Source: Guillardia theta CCMP2712
Lineage: Eukaryota > Protista > Cryptophyta
DNA length: 64,000 nucleotides
Assembly: GCF_000315625.1 (NCBI RefSeq)
Contig: NW_005434646.1
Location: 397,626 to 461,625 of the forward strand
Direction of reading: 5' to 3'
Numbering within the stretch: position 1 is the stretch's first letter; each line of letters opens with the position of its first letter. Below are positions 39,435 to 50,567 of the stretch, piece by piece. The notes under the pieces are model-generated. The model ran no database searches and had not been told where the DNA came from. It saw only the letters and a program-made list of their open reading frames with translations. The position numbers were made by a program, and so were the translations under genes.

Positions 39435-41419
39435 AAGGAAGTGGAGATTGAAAGCAATATGTACCTGGAACAGCGCGTTGATTTTCTTGGAGAGCTCGTG
39501 GGAGCTTGTGCTCGTGATCAAGGAGGCAAGGAGAGGGTCCAAAGGGCTTGAACTTCCATGAAGCGCGTTCGCCTTGGCCATCTTGCAAGGGAAATCGCAA
39601 AATCGCAGTCATGGTCGTAGGACGAGCAGGGAGGTCGCACAGCACAGTTTCACCTTCTCCTTCTCCTGCTCCACAGCAGTGGTGAAATTCTCCAGCAGGA
39701 CGGCCACCACCACTTGCAACAGCGTCCAACCGACGAAGACTGCTCATAGGGGTGAGGAGGAGGCTGGTGATAGCAGAGAGAGGGGGGCGAAGAGACCGAT
39801 GAAGGAGGCGAAGAAGAACGCGACCCCAACATTGTACTGCCCTTGATTGTCTCGGAAGAGCGGCCTCACGATCTCCGAGGACCCTGGCAGTCACTGTCAG
39901 TCGGTTTATCGACGAGTCCGCCTCCTCACATCCGTCTCCCGTGCAGACTTGAAACATCTGCACCCTCCGTCAGCAGGCCGACACTCAAAGGGGTCTCAGT
40001 AACCGTGAAGAGCGAGCTGGAGAAGCGCCCGAAATTGCGAGGCGAGTCTGGACCGAAGAGCTGGACGGCACTGGAGCAATCCTGTGAACAAGAGGGCATG
40101 CAGCTAGCGGGCAACTGACAGGATTGCGTAGATCGAAGTGATGAGAAGCATCAGGAAGAAGGCGTGGAAGACAGGCTGGATGCTTGCAGAGAGGCTGTTG
40201 ATGATGAGGCGCAGGGACTGGAGCCTGCCGAACAGCCGGATGACCTGGAGCAAGGCAAGCCTCGTGACGACAAGCAGATCGGAAAACCCTCATCCCCTGT
40301 ACCCTGAAGGCTCTCAAGAGCCTGATGGCATTGATCCCTGGGAGGTTGTAGTTGGAGAGCGCAACGATGGAAACCATCACGACCAACTACTCATTGCGCG
40401 TCACATCAGCTCCATGATAGTCGAAGAGTCGTACCAGGTCGAACAGCGACCATCCGTCTGAAACAAACCTTCGGAAGAGATTTCCACACATGTTGACAGC
40501 CAGCTGCCAGATAGAGGTAAGGCACAAGAGGCAGATGACAACTTGTGACCTCTAAAGTGAACAAAACAGTGAAGATGATGTCCAGATTTGAGAAGACAAC
40601 GTCGTAATATGAACCATTCACCTAATCATTGTTGGTAAGGTTTGACATAGAGGCGCTAAGATCAATGTACAGGCAAGAATTCAGACTGCAAAACGTTGCT
40701 GATGAAATTCAGCGAGATCAGCATGGACGTGGAAAATTGGACGGGATTAGACTGATAGAAATCGCGGACTTTCTTCTGTAGTCGTTTGATCTTGAATCGA
40801 ATGGTAGAAGAGTTCGATCGATGAGCTCTGTGCATTTCCACGATCTCTGACAACTTCTCCAGGAATGTTCTGCAAAGACTTTCTTCGACAAATCTGCAAA
40901 GTAAACGTCAGGTGAAAGCTTATGGTTGGGTTCGACTCTAGCCTGAGGAGAAGAAATCCTGAATCAAGATTCTCACTCGAGGGCAGCATCTGTATTCGGA
41001 CATGGAAGAAGGTGTCGACCGTGTCGATCTCTTGAGGGAAAACATCATTGTAGAAGCTGTCAAGGGCGGCATGGCCTCCAACCTTGAGTGAGGCCACCTG
41101 CCAGCAGGGTGAGAAGGAGAAGCAAGATCATCGTCGAGACAGCACGGACATGATCGATCTCTGAGGTGGCCACGATGTCCTTGAGAGTCCCGAAGTCCTC
41201 CTCTATCTCGTTGGTGTACAAGGACAAATACCTTGCGCTGAGCACCCCTCGCCTGCCATTCCACTGCATGAGTTTTGTGCTGTAAACCTCCATGGCTCCA
41301 TCGTAGATCGTTGAAGTCGTCGAATTCCCTGACAGCCGGAGGGAGACGGGGTTCTCCCCCTTGATGGATCCGCCGCGAACCGACATGGCGGTGAGTGGCT
41401 CAGCACGTTCCTTAGGCAT
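38199..41419 (-). CDS. Single-domain (6TM) voltage-gated Ca2+/Na+ channel, EukCat/BacNav-like, with N-terminal PH-like region and C-terminal EF-hand
   Basis: S2 LDIIFTVLFTLE; S4 IRLLRAFRVIRLFGRLQSLR; S5 HAFFLMLLITSIYAIL; pore FGRFSSSLFT|MFQVCTGDG|WSSEIVRPLF; S6 VGWTLLQVVVAVLLENF; EF-hand MDSDDSGSISLTEL. Confidence 0.85.
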
Positions 41420-42137
41420 CCTTCAGCTCCCTTCCTCGGTCATCTTCATATCCAACTTCGCTGCCATCCACCTGGTAAAATGGCTTCAGAAAGATTCACA
41501 TTGCTTTCGCCTCTTCTTTGTCACGTTGTAAACATCCTCCCTTGCATCCCTTCCTCCTACTTTGTTCATCTACTCGTAATATCCTCGCTCTGCTCTGCTC
41601 TGCTCTGTTATGAGATTAGCTCTGCTGTACTGATCTCTGCTGAGTTCTTTCCACACCGTCTCTCCTCTCCTCTCCTCTCCTCTCCTCTCCTCTCCTGTCA
41701 AGCTCTTCACTGACTTCCAATAGCTCCATGCGCCCGGTGCCATTCTTTGACCTACTTCGCCTTGTTCCCTAGGACCTCCTACGAGAAAGTCATATCAAGG
41801 CGAACGAGGGTGGTGGACCCCTTGTGTTGACCGAAGGCGTGCAAAGTGGAAGGAAATGCCGGGGGGAGAGAGGGGTGGTAGATATTGGGAGGTAGAAGAC
41901 TAGGACTGGGTGGGGTAGTAGAGGGGTAAGGCACGGAATTTTGTGAAGGCGAAGGAAAGAGGGGGTAGGGTGATAATAGTATCAGGGGTGAATGGGACCT
42001 AGGGACTAGGGGGTTGTATCAAGATGATGGAGGGGTAGGGGTGAAGAAGTAGGAGGGTGGTGGTTCATTCCTTACACTTACAGTTACGATATTTTGACTA
42101 CAGTAACGGTCCATCCGCAAATAGAAGCAAGGGCGCC

Positions 42138-42710
42138 ATGTTTGCGATCTTGTCGGCAACTTTCACGTCCCTCGTCCCTGAGGAGCAGGCGGGTGAGAAG
42201 GAGGAGGAGAAAGAGAGAAGAGGAGGAGAGGAGGAGAGGAGGAGAGGAGGAGAGGAGGAGAGGAGAGGAGAGGAGAGGAGAGGAGAGGAGTGGAGGAGAG
42301 AAGGAGAAAATGAGGGAAGAGGGGGGAAGGAGAGAAGGAGAAGAGGGGAGGAGAGAGGATGAGGATCAAGAGCAAGCCACAGAGAGACATGAAAGTCGTA
42401 AAGGGGAAGGAGAGTGAGGGTAGGATAGACAAATAGTTGGGCTGAATTGCTTCGTCTCGTAGGCTTCGTCATGCCAAGCAACAGCATAATGGATAAGTAC
42501 GATGAGGATCATCCGGAATCCTGCAAGGAGTTCAGGCACTGTGAGCTAGCTATCTTATGGTGAGAGGTTGGCTTCTGACATGACTCAGGCGGATCGCGTG
42601 CCAGCTTTCGGTCCTTCCCCACTCAGCATTTTCAGCCTGCTCCGTCACTCGCGAAGGCGAAACAGGAGAAGCCTCACTTCGTCGGTCATTACATGCGTGC
42701 GCTTTGGTAA
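42138..42710 (+). CDS. Small multi-exon hypothetical protein (MFAILSATFTSLVPEEQAG...EKPHFVGHYMRALW)
   Basis: ATG, GTGAG donor before a GA-rich intron, further GT..AG introns; missed by the ORF track as one gene; internal frame uncertain. Confidence 0.45.
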
Positions 42711-42831
42711 GCGACGAGAACTCAAGACGACCACCAACATTTGATGCTCGCCTTTAGAGCACGTTTCTATTCCTTCCTTTGAGCTTACAAATTTATACAT
42801 CATTAATCGACTGGTCAGCTTCGCTTTTCCA

Positions 42832-45682
42832 TCAGTCTCTGGGTCTGAATTCTCTTTTCTTTGAACCTGAGGGAGAAATGGTCTCGATCAATCCGTTTGT
42901 GAATTCGATCATTCTAGTCCCGTCGCTGTGGGCAAAGTAAGAAGCATCCTAATGCTCATCCTACCATCAAACACACCTGAATATTCTCTGCTTTGTTCCA
43001 TCAGGGAATATGCTTTCTTCTTCCTTGTTGCTCTTGATATACTTCAATGTGCCATCCGGGAAAAGAATCTCTTTCCTTCCATCAGGATAGTGCTTCTCCT
43101 TCTGATTGTTGCTGAACTCAAAAACCTGCAGCACGATGGTGTGAGCTCGTTGTTTGACTTTCAAGCACTACAGCAACTTACCTCGATGCCGTCAGGAAAT
43201 GTCGTGTGAGTTGTGCTGGTCTCAGCATAGAAGTAAATGACTCGTCCGTCCTTTAAATTCCTCTTCACGTCACGGTTCGAGAAATGGACGAGGCTGCCAC
43301 CGTCGGGGAAGATTTCCTTTCCTTAGGAAAGATGTCAGTCACTTTCAGTGAAGACATGTCTCAGAAACTTACTGGTGCCATTCGAAAAAATAAGAACTCT
43401 TCTGCCATCTGAATACCTCTGCTCAATTTTTCCATCTGCATGTTGCTTTTCTAACACGAGCTGGGTCTCTTCATCGGAACCCTTCGAGCTTTCCTGCTTT
43501 CTCAAACCAGCATCAATGACCAGAGTCTCGTCGAGAAGGTCTGTTCGACTCTGCGTGATGATGCTCGTTCCATCGTTGGATATATTCAGTGCAGTGGTCC
43601 TCTTCTCCTGCATGTCCGGAATGATCTTGATGCTATTCGATTCCTCCACAGCCACTTGTGCTATATGAGAAGCTAGAGTCTCTTCCGATCTGGGGGTCAT
43701 GCAAGGAACAAAATTATCACGTGCAGTTGATTCTTTGGCCTTGGAGAGTTTTGCTTTGGCTTGGATTAGCACTTCCCTATCTTGAATGGCAAGACGAGCT
43801 TCTTCGCTGAATTTCAATTCTCTTGCCAACTCTTCATTCTTTGCCGTCAAATCGTCAACTTTCTTCTTCAGCCTCTCGATCTCTGACCGTAACTTCTTCT
43901 CTTTACGAGAGTTTTCCTCCTGCGCTGCCTGCAACTCCTTCCTGGCACTATCTCGTTCGGCACGCGTGTCCTGGACCTGCTGCTGCCACAGAGCAACATT
44001 CCTCTCCATATCTTTTCTGTCCTTTCGAAGTTTCTTCATTTCGGCTTCTTTGTATTTCTCGAACCTGTTCTCGGCATCGTGCAAATTCTTGGAGAGGCCT
44101 TCTTTCTCGGCTATCAAAGCCTGCCTTTGACTTTCAACTTCGGATCTAACTTTCTGAAGCATCTCATTCTGCCTCCGAAACTCAATGATTTCGTTTTCTA
44201 ATTCAAGCACTTTGCGTTCTACAGATGCGCCTTCGCTTTGTTCGCCAGAATGTTTCATCTCTTGCTCAGCGCTTTGCTTTTTCCCTTTTTGGATTTCAGA
44301 TCTTGGTGATGCGATGGTAACTTTTTTCTGTTTGTTTGGAGATTTCAATTGACTTTTGTTTGATTGATTTCGATTACCCGAGGACAGACTTTTAGCTGAT
44401 TTTCCTTTCTCATCATTCACAAAAAATTTGTTCACGAGGCTCGATCGAGTCACGGTATGTTCGCCTTCAGGAGCCTTCCCATAGTAATTGATGTCATCTT
44501 CCATCATATTGTTCTCGTCGCTGTATCCCTTAGTCATACTTGCAGTCAGACCTGCATTTGTCTCCGCATCATTTGACCACTCCTCATCATCACCATATTC
44601 AATATGCGCATTCGAGCGGTAAGGAATCAAGGCCGGCTCCTCCTCAGCGTCTTCATCATAAATGTCCTCCCCATCCTCATCGTTCAGCATGTTGTTCTTC
44701 ATCGCTCCTTCCCCATCAGTGAAGGCATTCACCTGTATTGCTCCACTCTCTTGCAAACCAGCAGCAATCTTTCTCTCGATTGACTCAAACTCGCGAAGCT
44801 CCTCGTCCTCGCTGTTTTCCCTGTAAGAGTCATCTCCACCATTGAAGCGAGTTTGAGCACGAGGCTCGTCCTCATAGAGGGAAGGCCTTGCTGTCAGCGT
44901 GTTCCTCTCTTGATCTGATGTCTCCTGGTAGTCATCAGACAGAGAAGCTGCCTGATCGCACTCGTCCTGCAAGTTCCTCGCTACTTTCCGCTCCCAGGTC
45001 CCGTTGCCGACCTCCGCATCTTCCTCGGAGTGGCTCCCATGAAATGAGCTCGGAGCTGTTTTGGGCCTCATCTCCTCCCTTTTCATATCAGTCGATCTCC
45101 TGGTCTCCAACGAGCTCCTAGCGTTCTCTCGTCCGTCTTTTGCAGCTTTCGTGTTGGACTTCGAGGAGCTTTGATTGGTCCTGTTGGTTTCAGCCAAGGG
45201 TTGTCGACTCTTTCCTGTCGAGTCGTTCATGCTCTGCCTTCTATCTTGATCACTCTTTAAATTCACTAATGAAGCATTCAGACCACCTCCTGAAAGATCA
45301 TGAGTGACGAGAACGATGAAATTGATCTAGTACCTCGTTTCAAGAAGCTTGTTCGGGTGCCAGAGTTCGGTGCTGACTTGATAGTGTCTGTTGACGATGA
45401 GTCCTTCGCCAATTCCCTCTCGAGGAGCTCCTCGAAAGAGCTGGGACCTCTCTTCATGATAGGGATTTCATCCGCGGGATTAGGGGGCAGCCATTCTTGG
45501 GAGGAGGGGGAGCGATCGTTCGAGATGCCGTTCAACACCTCTTCGCTAGATTTCCTCTCTTGCTCCTCGTCTTCCCATCTCTGAGAGATCCTCACTGTCG
45601 TCTCTTCTTCATGCTGGCTCTCCTCCCTCCCCTCCACCATCGCGCGGCTGATCTTGTTCCCCTTCCTCTCTTTCCCCGCCAT
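42832..45682 (-). CDS. CENPJ: Centriole assembly protein SAS-4/CPAP (CENPJ), multi-exon
   Basis: PN2-3-like motif EIPI...FEELLEREL...FLKRG, central coiled coil, C-terminal TCP10/G-box repeats (HADGKIEQRYSDG, YPDGRKEILFPDGT, FPDGTKQ). Confidence 0.88.
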
Positions 45683-45689
45683 TGCCCTT

Positions 45690-45965
45690 TATAAACCCCT
45701 TTAGCTAAATCTTTTGAGATCCTTTTAGCTCACTTATTTTTAGTGAAGTTGAGTGCCCGGGCCGGGCGAGCCTCGGCCCGCCGCGCGGCCCCCGGGTCCG
45801 GATGCCGCAACGGCTGAACAACGGCCATTCGGTTTTGAGTTTTTTCAAAATCTACACGCCTTCCCCTTCATCCACCGTTCCCCTCCTCTCCCCACCTCTC
45901 TCCTGTTGTCAACCACTCCTGCTGCCCCATCCCTCTCTGATCTTCCCCTCTCCTGTGCATCCTGA
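45690..45965. promoter_or_regulatory. Bidirectional promoter of CENPJ/HMMR with two MSA-like CAACGG cores and a CHR-like TTTGAA (minus strand)
   Basis: gcaacggctg and acaacggcca at ~45807-45827; ttcaaa at ~45844. Confidence 0.45.
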
Positions 45966-45970
45966 TCGAA

Positions 45971-48900
45971 ATGTTCGGAAGGAGCACTTCATCAAGGTTC
46001 TCCGAGGCCAGGAGCTACACCCCTGGCCCTGGTGAGTATGATTCGAACAAGTCCCTCTCCTCCACCAAGAAAGGCTTCAGCATGGGAGTCGGCGAGAGGA
46101 AACTCCATCGTCTGAGCGAGTTCTGCCATCTTGGTCCTGGCACGTACGCCATTAGCAGTGAAAACTCGCTCCCTGAACACAGAGCTTTGCCTGCCTCCTC
46201 GGATGTGGAATCTGCTATCAAAAGGCTGACCGGAGCATACAACAAGTACTGCGGCGGCTGCAACCCAAAGAACCCAGCGTCGAACGCAACGCGGGAAGAG
46301 ATCCTAACCATGGTCTCCAAGTTGTTCTCTGAGTGCGTGTCAGCTGTTGGGGAGGTCTCAAGAGTCAAGGGAGAGGTCGATCAACTTCAGGGGAGAGTGC
46401 ACGATGAGACGAACTTGGCGATCAAGCCCTCCAAGTCATCAGGTAACGCCGGGCTGCCTGCGGTGTGGAAGAAGATCGAGCCCCTTCAGAAGGCCTTGGG
46501 AAACGCTGGTTCCGAGCTGGAGAAGAAAGTCTTGAAGGCTAACTCGATGCTGACTTGCGTTGCGGAGGAGTTCCCAGCACTTGCATGCCTGCTGTCGGAG
46601 GATCCCAGGCTCTCGCAGCTTCATGCGAGGGTAGAGACGCTAGAGTCAGAGCTCGAGGAAGCAAACCTGCAGGTGGAAACCTTGTCCTCCCAGCTGAAAC
46701 AGTTCTGCGAAGAGAAGGATGCGGTGGAGGGGATGCTGTTGGGGGTGAATCGTGAGAAGATCAAGATTGCGCAGAGGAACATGAGCCTGGAATCCATCAT
46801 CCAGAAGCAGAAGACCTTCATTCAAGACCTTGAAAGCTCCCTTGACGAAGCTCGAGCTGGCCACGAACAATTCCTGGCGTCCCTGCACCAACTGTCAGCC
46901 CGGGCAGACGACGATGCATCCCTGCACGATGAGCTGCTGGAGATGACTTGCAGATGCGAGAGGCTGATGGCCTGCGAGGAGAGCTCGTTCCAGCAGATCG
47001 CCGACTTGCAGAGGGAGCTGACTTCCTCTCTGCTCGATGCTGAGCAGGCAGCACAGGGATATCAGGTGAGGACGACTAATCTCGGTCAATGTTCCTCACT
47101 CCGTCTCAGGCTGAGATTGGGGAGATGGGGGCAAAGCATTCCGCCCTCCTGCACGAGATTTCAGGTCTAACAGAGGAGCTGATCGAGTCAGGAAGAGCCT
47201 GTCAGAAGCTTGAGGGCCAAGTGACCCTGTTGAGATCCCGGAACAACAAGCTCAAGTCCTGTTTGCACATGGCCGACCACTTCCTCCAGGTCTCTCCGCC
47301 GTGTCCTCCCATAGCCTCATCCTCCAACTGCCCTCCTTGCACCCATCTAGTTGACCGTTGACCGTCTCTCTTCACCATTGACTTTCATGTGGGAGGTGGA
47401 CAGCTGACCATTGTCGAGCAGTCTCAGGTAGCGGAGGAGCTAAAGGAAATGGAGGACTTCGATGAGCTGAGGGACGAGGATGGCACATCGAGCCTGATGG
47501 ACAAGCTTGAGTTTGACATCTTTGAGAGAGCTTGTCAAACGATCCATGACCTGATGAAGGAGTGCGACGAGTGTCGGGAGGAGTTGACGGCAGCTCAAGT
47601 CATCAACAGGGAGGTTGAGATTGAGAAGTTTGCGATGGTTGAGAGCTATGAAGCATCTTTGATGTCGTACCAGAGCGAAATTAACACCTTGATGTCTGAC
47701 AGAGATGAGGTGAGAATACAACGACCCTTGACAGCGATTGACTCGCTAGACAGATGATCGACAGGTTGCAGCAACTGCTTGCTCACAAGGCAGAAATGGA
47801 AGAGCGAAACAGAACTCTCCAAGAGTGGTTGGAGGCAAAGGAAGCTGAGATTAAAACCAGCAACAAAAAGCTCTCTGAGATTTGCAATCTGTGCGCCGAC
47901 ACCCAGTCGAGCTTTGATCAGTTGCAAAAGACCGTCAAGCTCAAAATGGACAAGGTCCGCATCTGAATCAGCTTTAGGCAAACAACTGACTTGCTTCGAA
48001 CAGGAGATCAGTGATGTCGTGGCAAGGTATCATGACCGTGTGGAGACATGTTCAGCACAACAGAAAGAAATTTCAATGCTGAACACCTCCTTGGACCGAA
48101 CCATTACAGACCTACAGATGAAACATGAGGAGAACGAAACAAACAAGCGAACCATTCAGCAAAATGAAGAAGCGATGCAGCATCTCAAGGCAGAAATTGA
48201 CGAAAAAACCGCAACAAACAATCAAACCCAAATCGAGCTGGCCCAGACCAAGGACGTCGTCGCCGCCCGAGAGGAGGAGATCGCCCAGCTTGGAGGCGAG
48301 CTGGCCCAGACCAAGGACGTCGTCGCCGCCCGAGAGGAGGAGATCGCCCAGCTCGGAGGCGAGCTGGCCCAGACCAAGGACGTCGTCGCCGCCCGAGAGG
48401 AGGAGATCGCCCAGCTCGGAGGCGAGCTGGCCCAGACCAAGGACGTCGTCGCCGCCCGAGAGGAGGAGATCGCCCAGCTTGGAGGCGAGCTGGCCCAGAC
48501 CAAGGACGTCGTCGCCGCCCGAGAGGAGGAGATCGCCCAGCTCGGAGGCGAGCTGGCCCAGACCAAGGACGTCGTCGCCGCCCGAGAGGAGGAGATCGCC
48601 CAGCTTGGAGGCGAGCTGGCCCAGACCAAGGACGTCGTCGCCGCCCGAGAGGAGGAGATCGCCCAGCTTGGAGGCGAGCTGGCCCAGACCAAGGACGTCG
48701 TCGCCGCCCGAGAGGAGGAGATCGCCCAGCTCGGAGGCGAGCTGGCCCAGACCAAGGACGTCGTCGCCGCCCGAGAGGAGGAGATCGCCCAGCTTCAAGG
48801 CTCGCTGTCTTGCATGGAGCAGAAGCTGCAGGAACTTTCACAGAGCCTCTCCCGACTTGATCATGAGCTGAAGGAAAGAGACCAAATTATCACAGAAGTC

Positions 48901-50427
48901 GAGGAGCATTTGAAGAGGGCCTGGGAGGACTCCTTCGCTCAATCACAGGCTGTGCAGGGTTCGTGCGGTCTGCTAATGGATGAAGTGAATGAGATGAGGC
49001 AAGCGATCTTGTTGACCTCTGACCTTCTTGCCAACGAGCTTGCGGCCCTTGACAACGACTTGACGTGGAAGACAGCAGAGTGCGACGACGTGAGGAAGAC
49101 GCTACTTGCGAGGGAGGCGGAGCTGACGAGAGGGATGGAGGAGATGAGGGCGAGGCTGGAGGACGAGCTGGCAGGCAGAGCGGCCGACCTGCAGGAAGCC
49201 CACATCCAGCTTGCCATGCTGCAAGAGACTGTGAAGGAGAAGGAAGTCGAGAGGAGGCAGCTGGAGCAGCAGGTGGAGGAGTCGCACTCGGCAGTTGTCA
49301 AGATGTACGCAGACACAGACATGCAGCTCAAGGCGCTGGGAAGCTCGTCCTGCGGGCCCCCATCGTCCAACTCGAGGCTTGCGGCTCTGCAGGTCTGTAC
49401 AGGGGAGAAGACCAGATTAGGGGGGGAGGAGGGGAGGAGGGGAGGGGATACGGAGTGACGGCCGAGAGGGTCCATGGCTGACGCGGATAGCAGGCTGAGC
49501 TGGAGTCCTCAATGATGGAGAGGCAGGAGTGCCTGCGGGCAATGCAAGTGCTGCGGGAGAAAGAGCAGCAGGCGACAGAGAAGAGCTTCCAGATGAAGGA
49601 GGAGCTAGAAAAGAACCTGCAGGAGCGAGCGTCGATGACGTCGAGGATGGAGCAGTTGGAGAAGGAGAATGCAAAGCTCACGCAGGAGAACATTCAGGCA
49701 TGGAGAGGGGAGAAGAGGGAGCGAGAGGAGAGGGGGGGGGGGGAAGAGGAGAGGAGAGGAGAGAGGGAGGGAGAGACCTTTGGGTGCTGGCTGACTGGCA
49801 GCAGCTTGTAGGCCATCAGAACTTGAAGCAGAAGATTCAGATGCACGCCAAGGTGAAGGAGGAGAACAACCAGCTGAAGAAGGAGAAGGCAGCATTCGAG
49901 AAGATCGTCGCCCAGCAGAAGAAGGTGATCGAGAGGATCACGCAAGCTGCGGGAGGGAACGAGCAAGACAAGGAGAACTGCCTCCTCTTCAAGATCGACC
50001 AGGAGGAGCAGCTACAGGTGAGCTGGCGGCTGCAGCCGACGAGCTGCTGAAGTCTGCGAGCAGGAGAGCCTGAGGGAGGCGGAGAACGAGAGCAGAGCCC
50101 ACCGCACCCACTTGCTCACTCTGCTGCACCAGCTGCACGGGATGAAGGTGGAAGAGGCGCAGGAGGACATCCTGTCGGAGCTGCTGCAGGACACAAGGAA
50201 GCTCGGAGGGAGGAAGGACTGGAGCCAACTGATGAACGCTGCTGGTCGACTGCTGGAGCAGATCAGCCAGCGGCAGCAGCAGCAGCAGCGGGAGATCGAG
50301 GGAGCGAACCTGAAGATCAAGCTGGTGAGGCCCAGCTGCGGTTGTTAGCAGTTGGAGTTTGACTTTTTTCTTTTGGCAGCTGGAGCAGGGGGCCCGAATC
50401 CTCAAGGCAAACCTGGGGTCGAGCTGA
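45971..50427 (+). CDS. HMMR: HMMR/RHAMM-like spindle coiled-coil protein, multi-exon
   Basis: N-terminal SRFSE...TPGPGEYD (HMMR_N-like) and C-terminal LVGHQNLKQKIQMHAKVKEENNQLK (HMMR/KIF15 C-terminal motif); no kinesin motor; long coiled coil. Confidence 0.72.
48235..48795 (+). repeat. 63-bp coding tandem repeat, ~9 copies (ELAQTKDVVAAREEEIAQLGG)
   Basis: Directly visible; copies differ only at the synonymous CTT/CTC codon. Confidence 0.97.
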
Positions 50428-50567
50428 GAAGGAAATCATTTGAATGACTTTGACAAACTAACTACCCCACTATTCAATTAAACTTAAGAGACACCTTTAG
50501 TCATGCTAACTGACATCGTCAGTCGATCCGAATGACATCGTCAGTCCTGATGATTGACATACTTCTT

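Noticed and set aside
45971-50427. KIF15 kinesin call
   Set aside because: It shares the GHQN C-terminal motif but has no motor domain or P-loop; the N-terminus fits HMMR.
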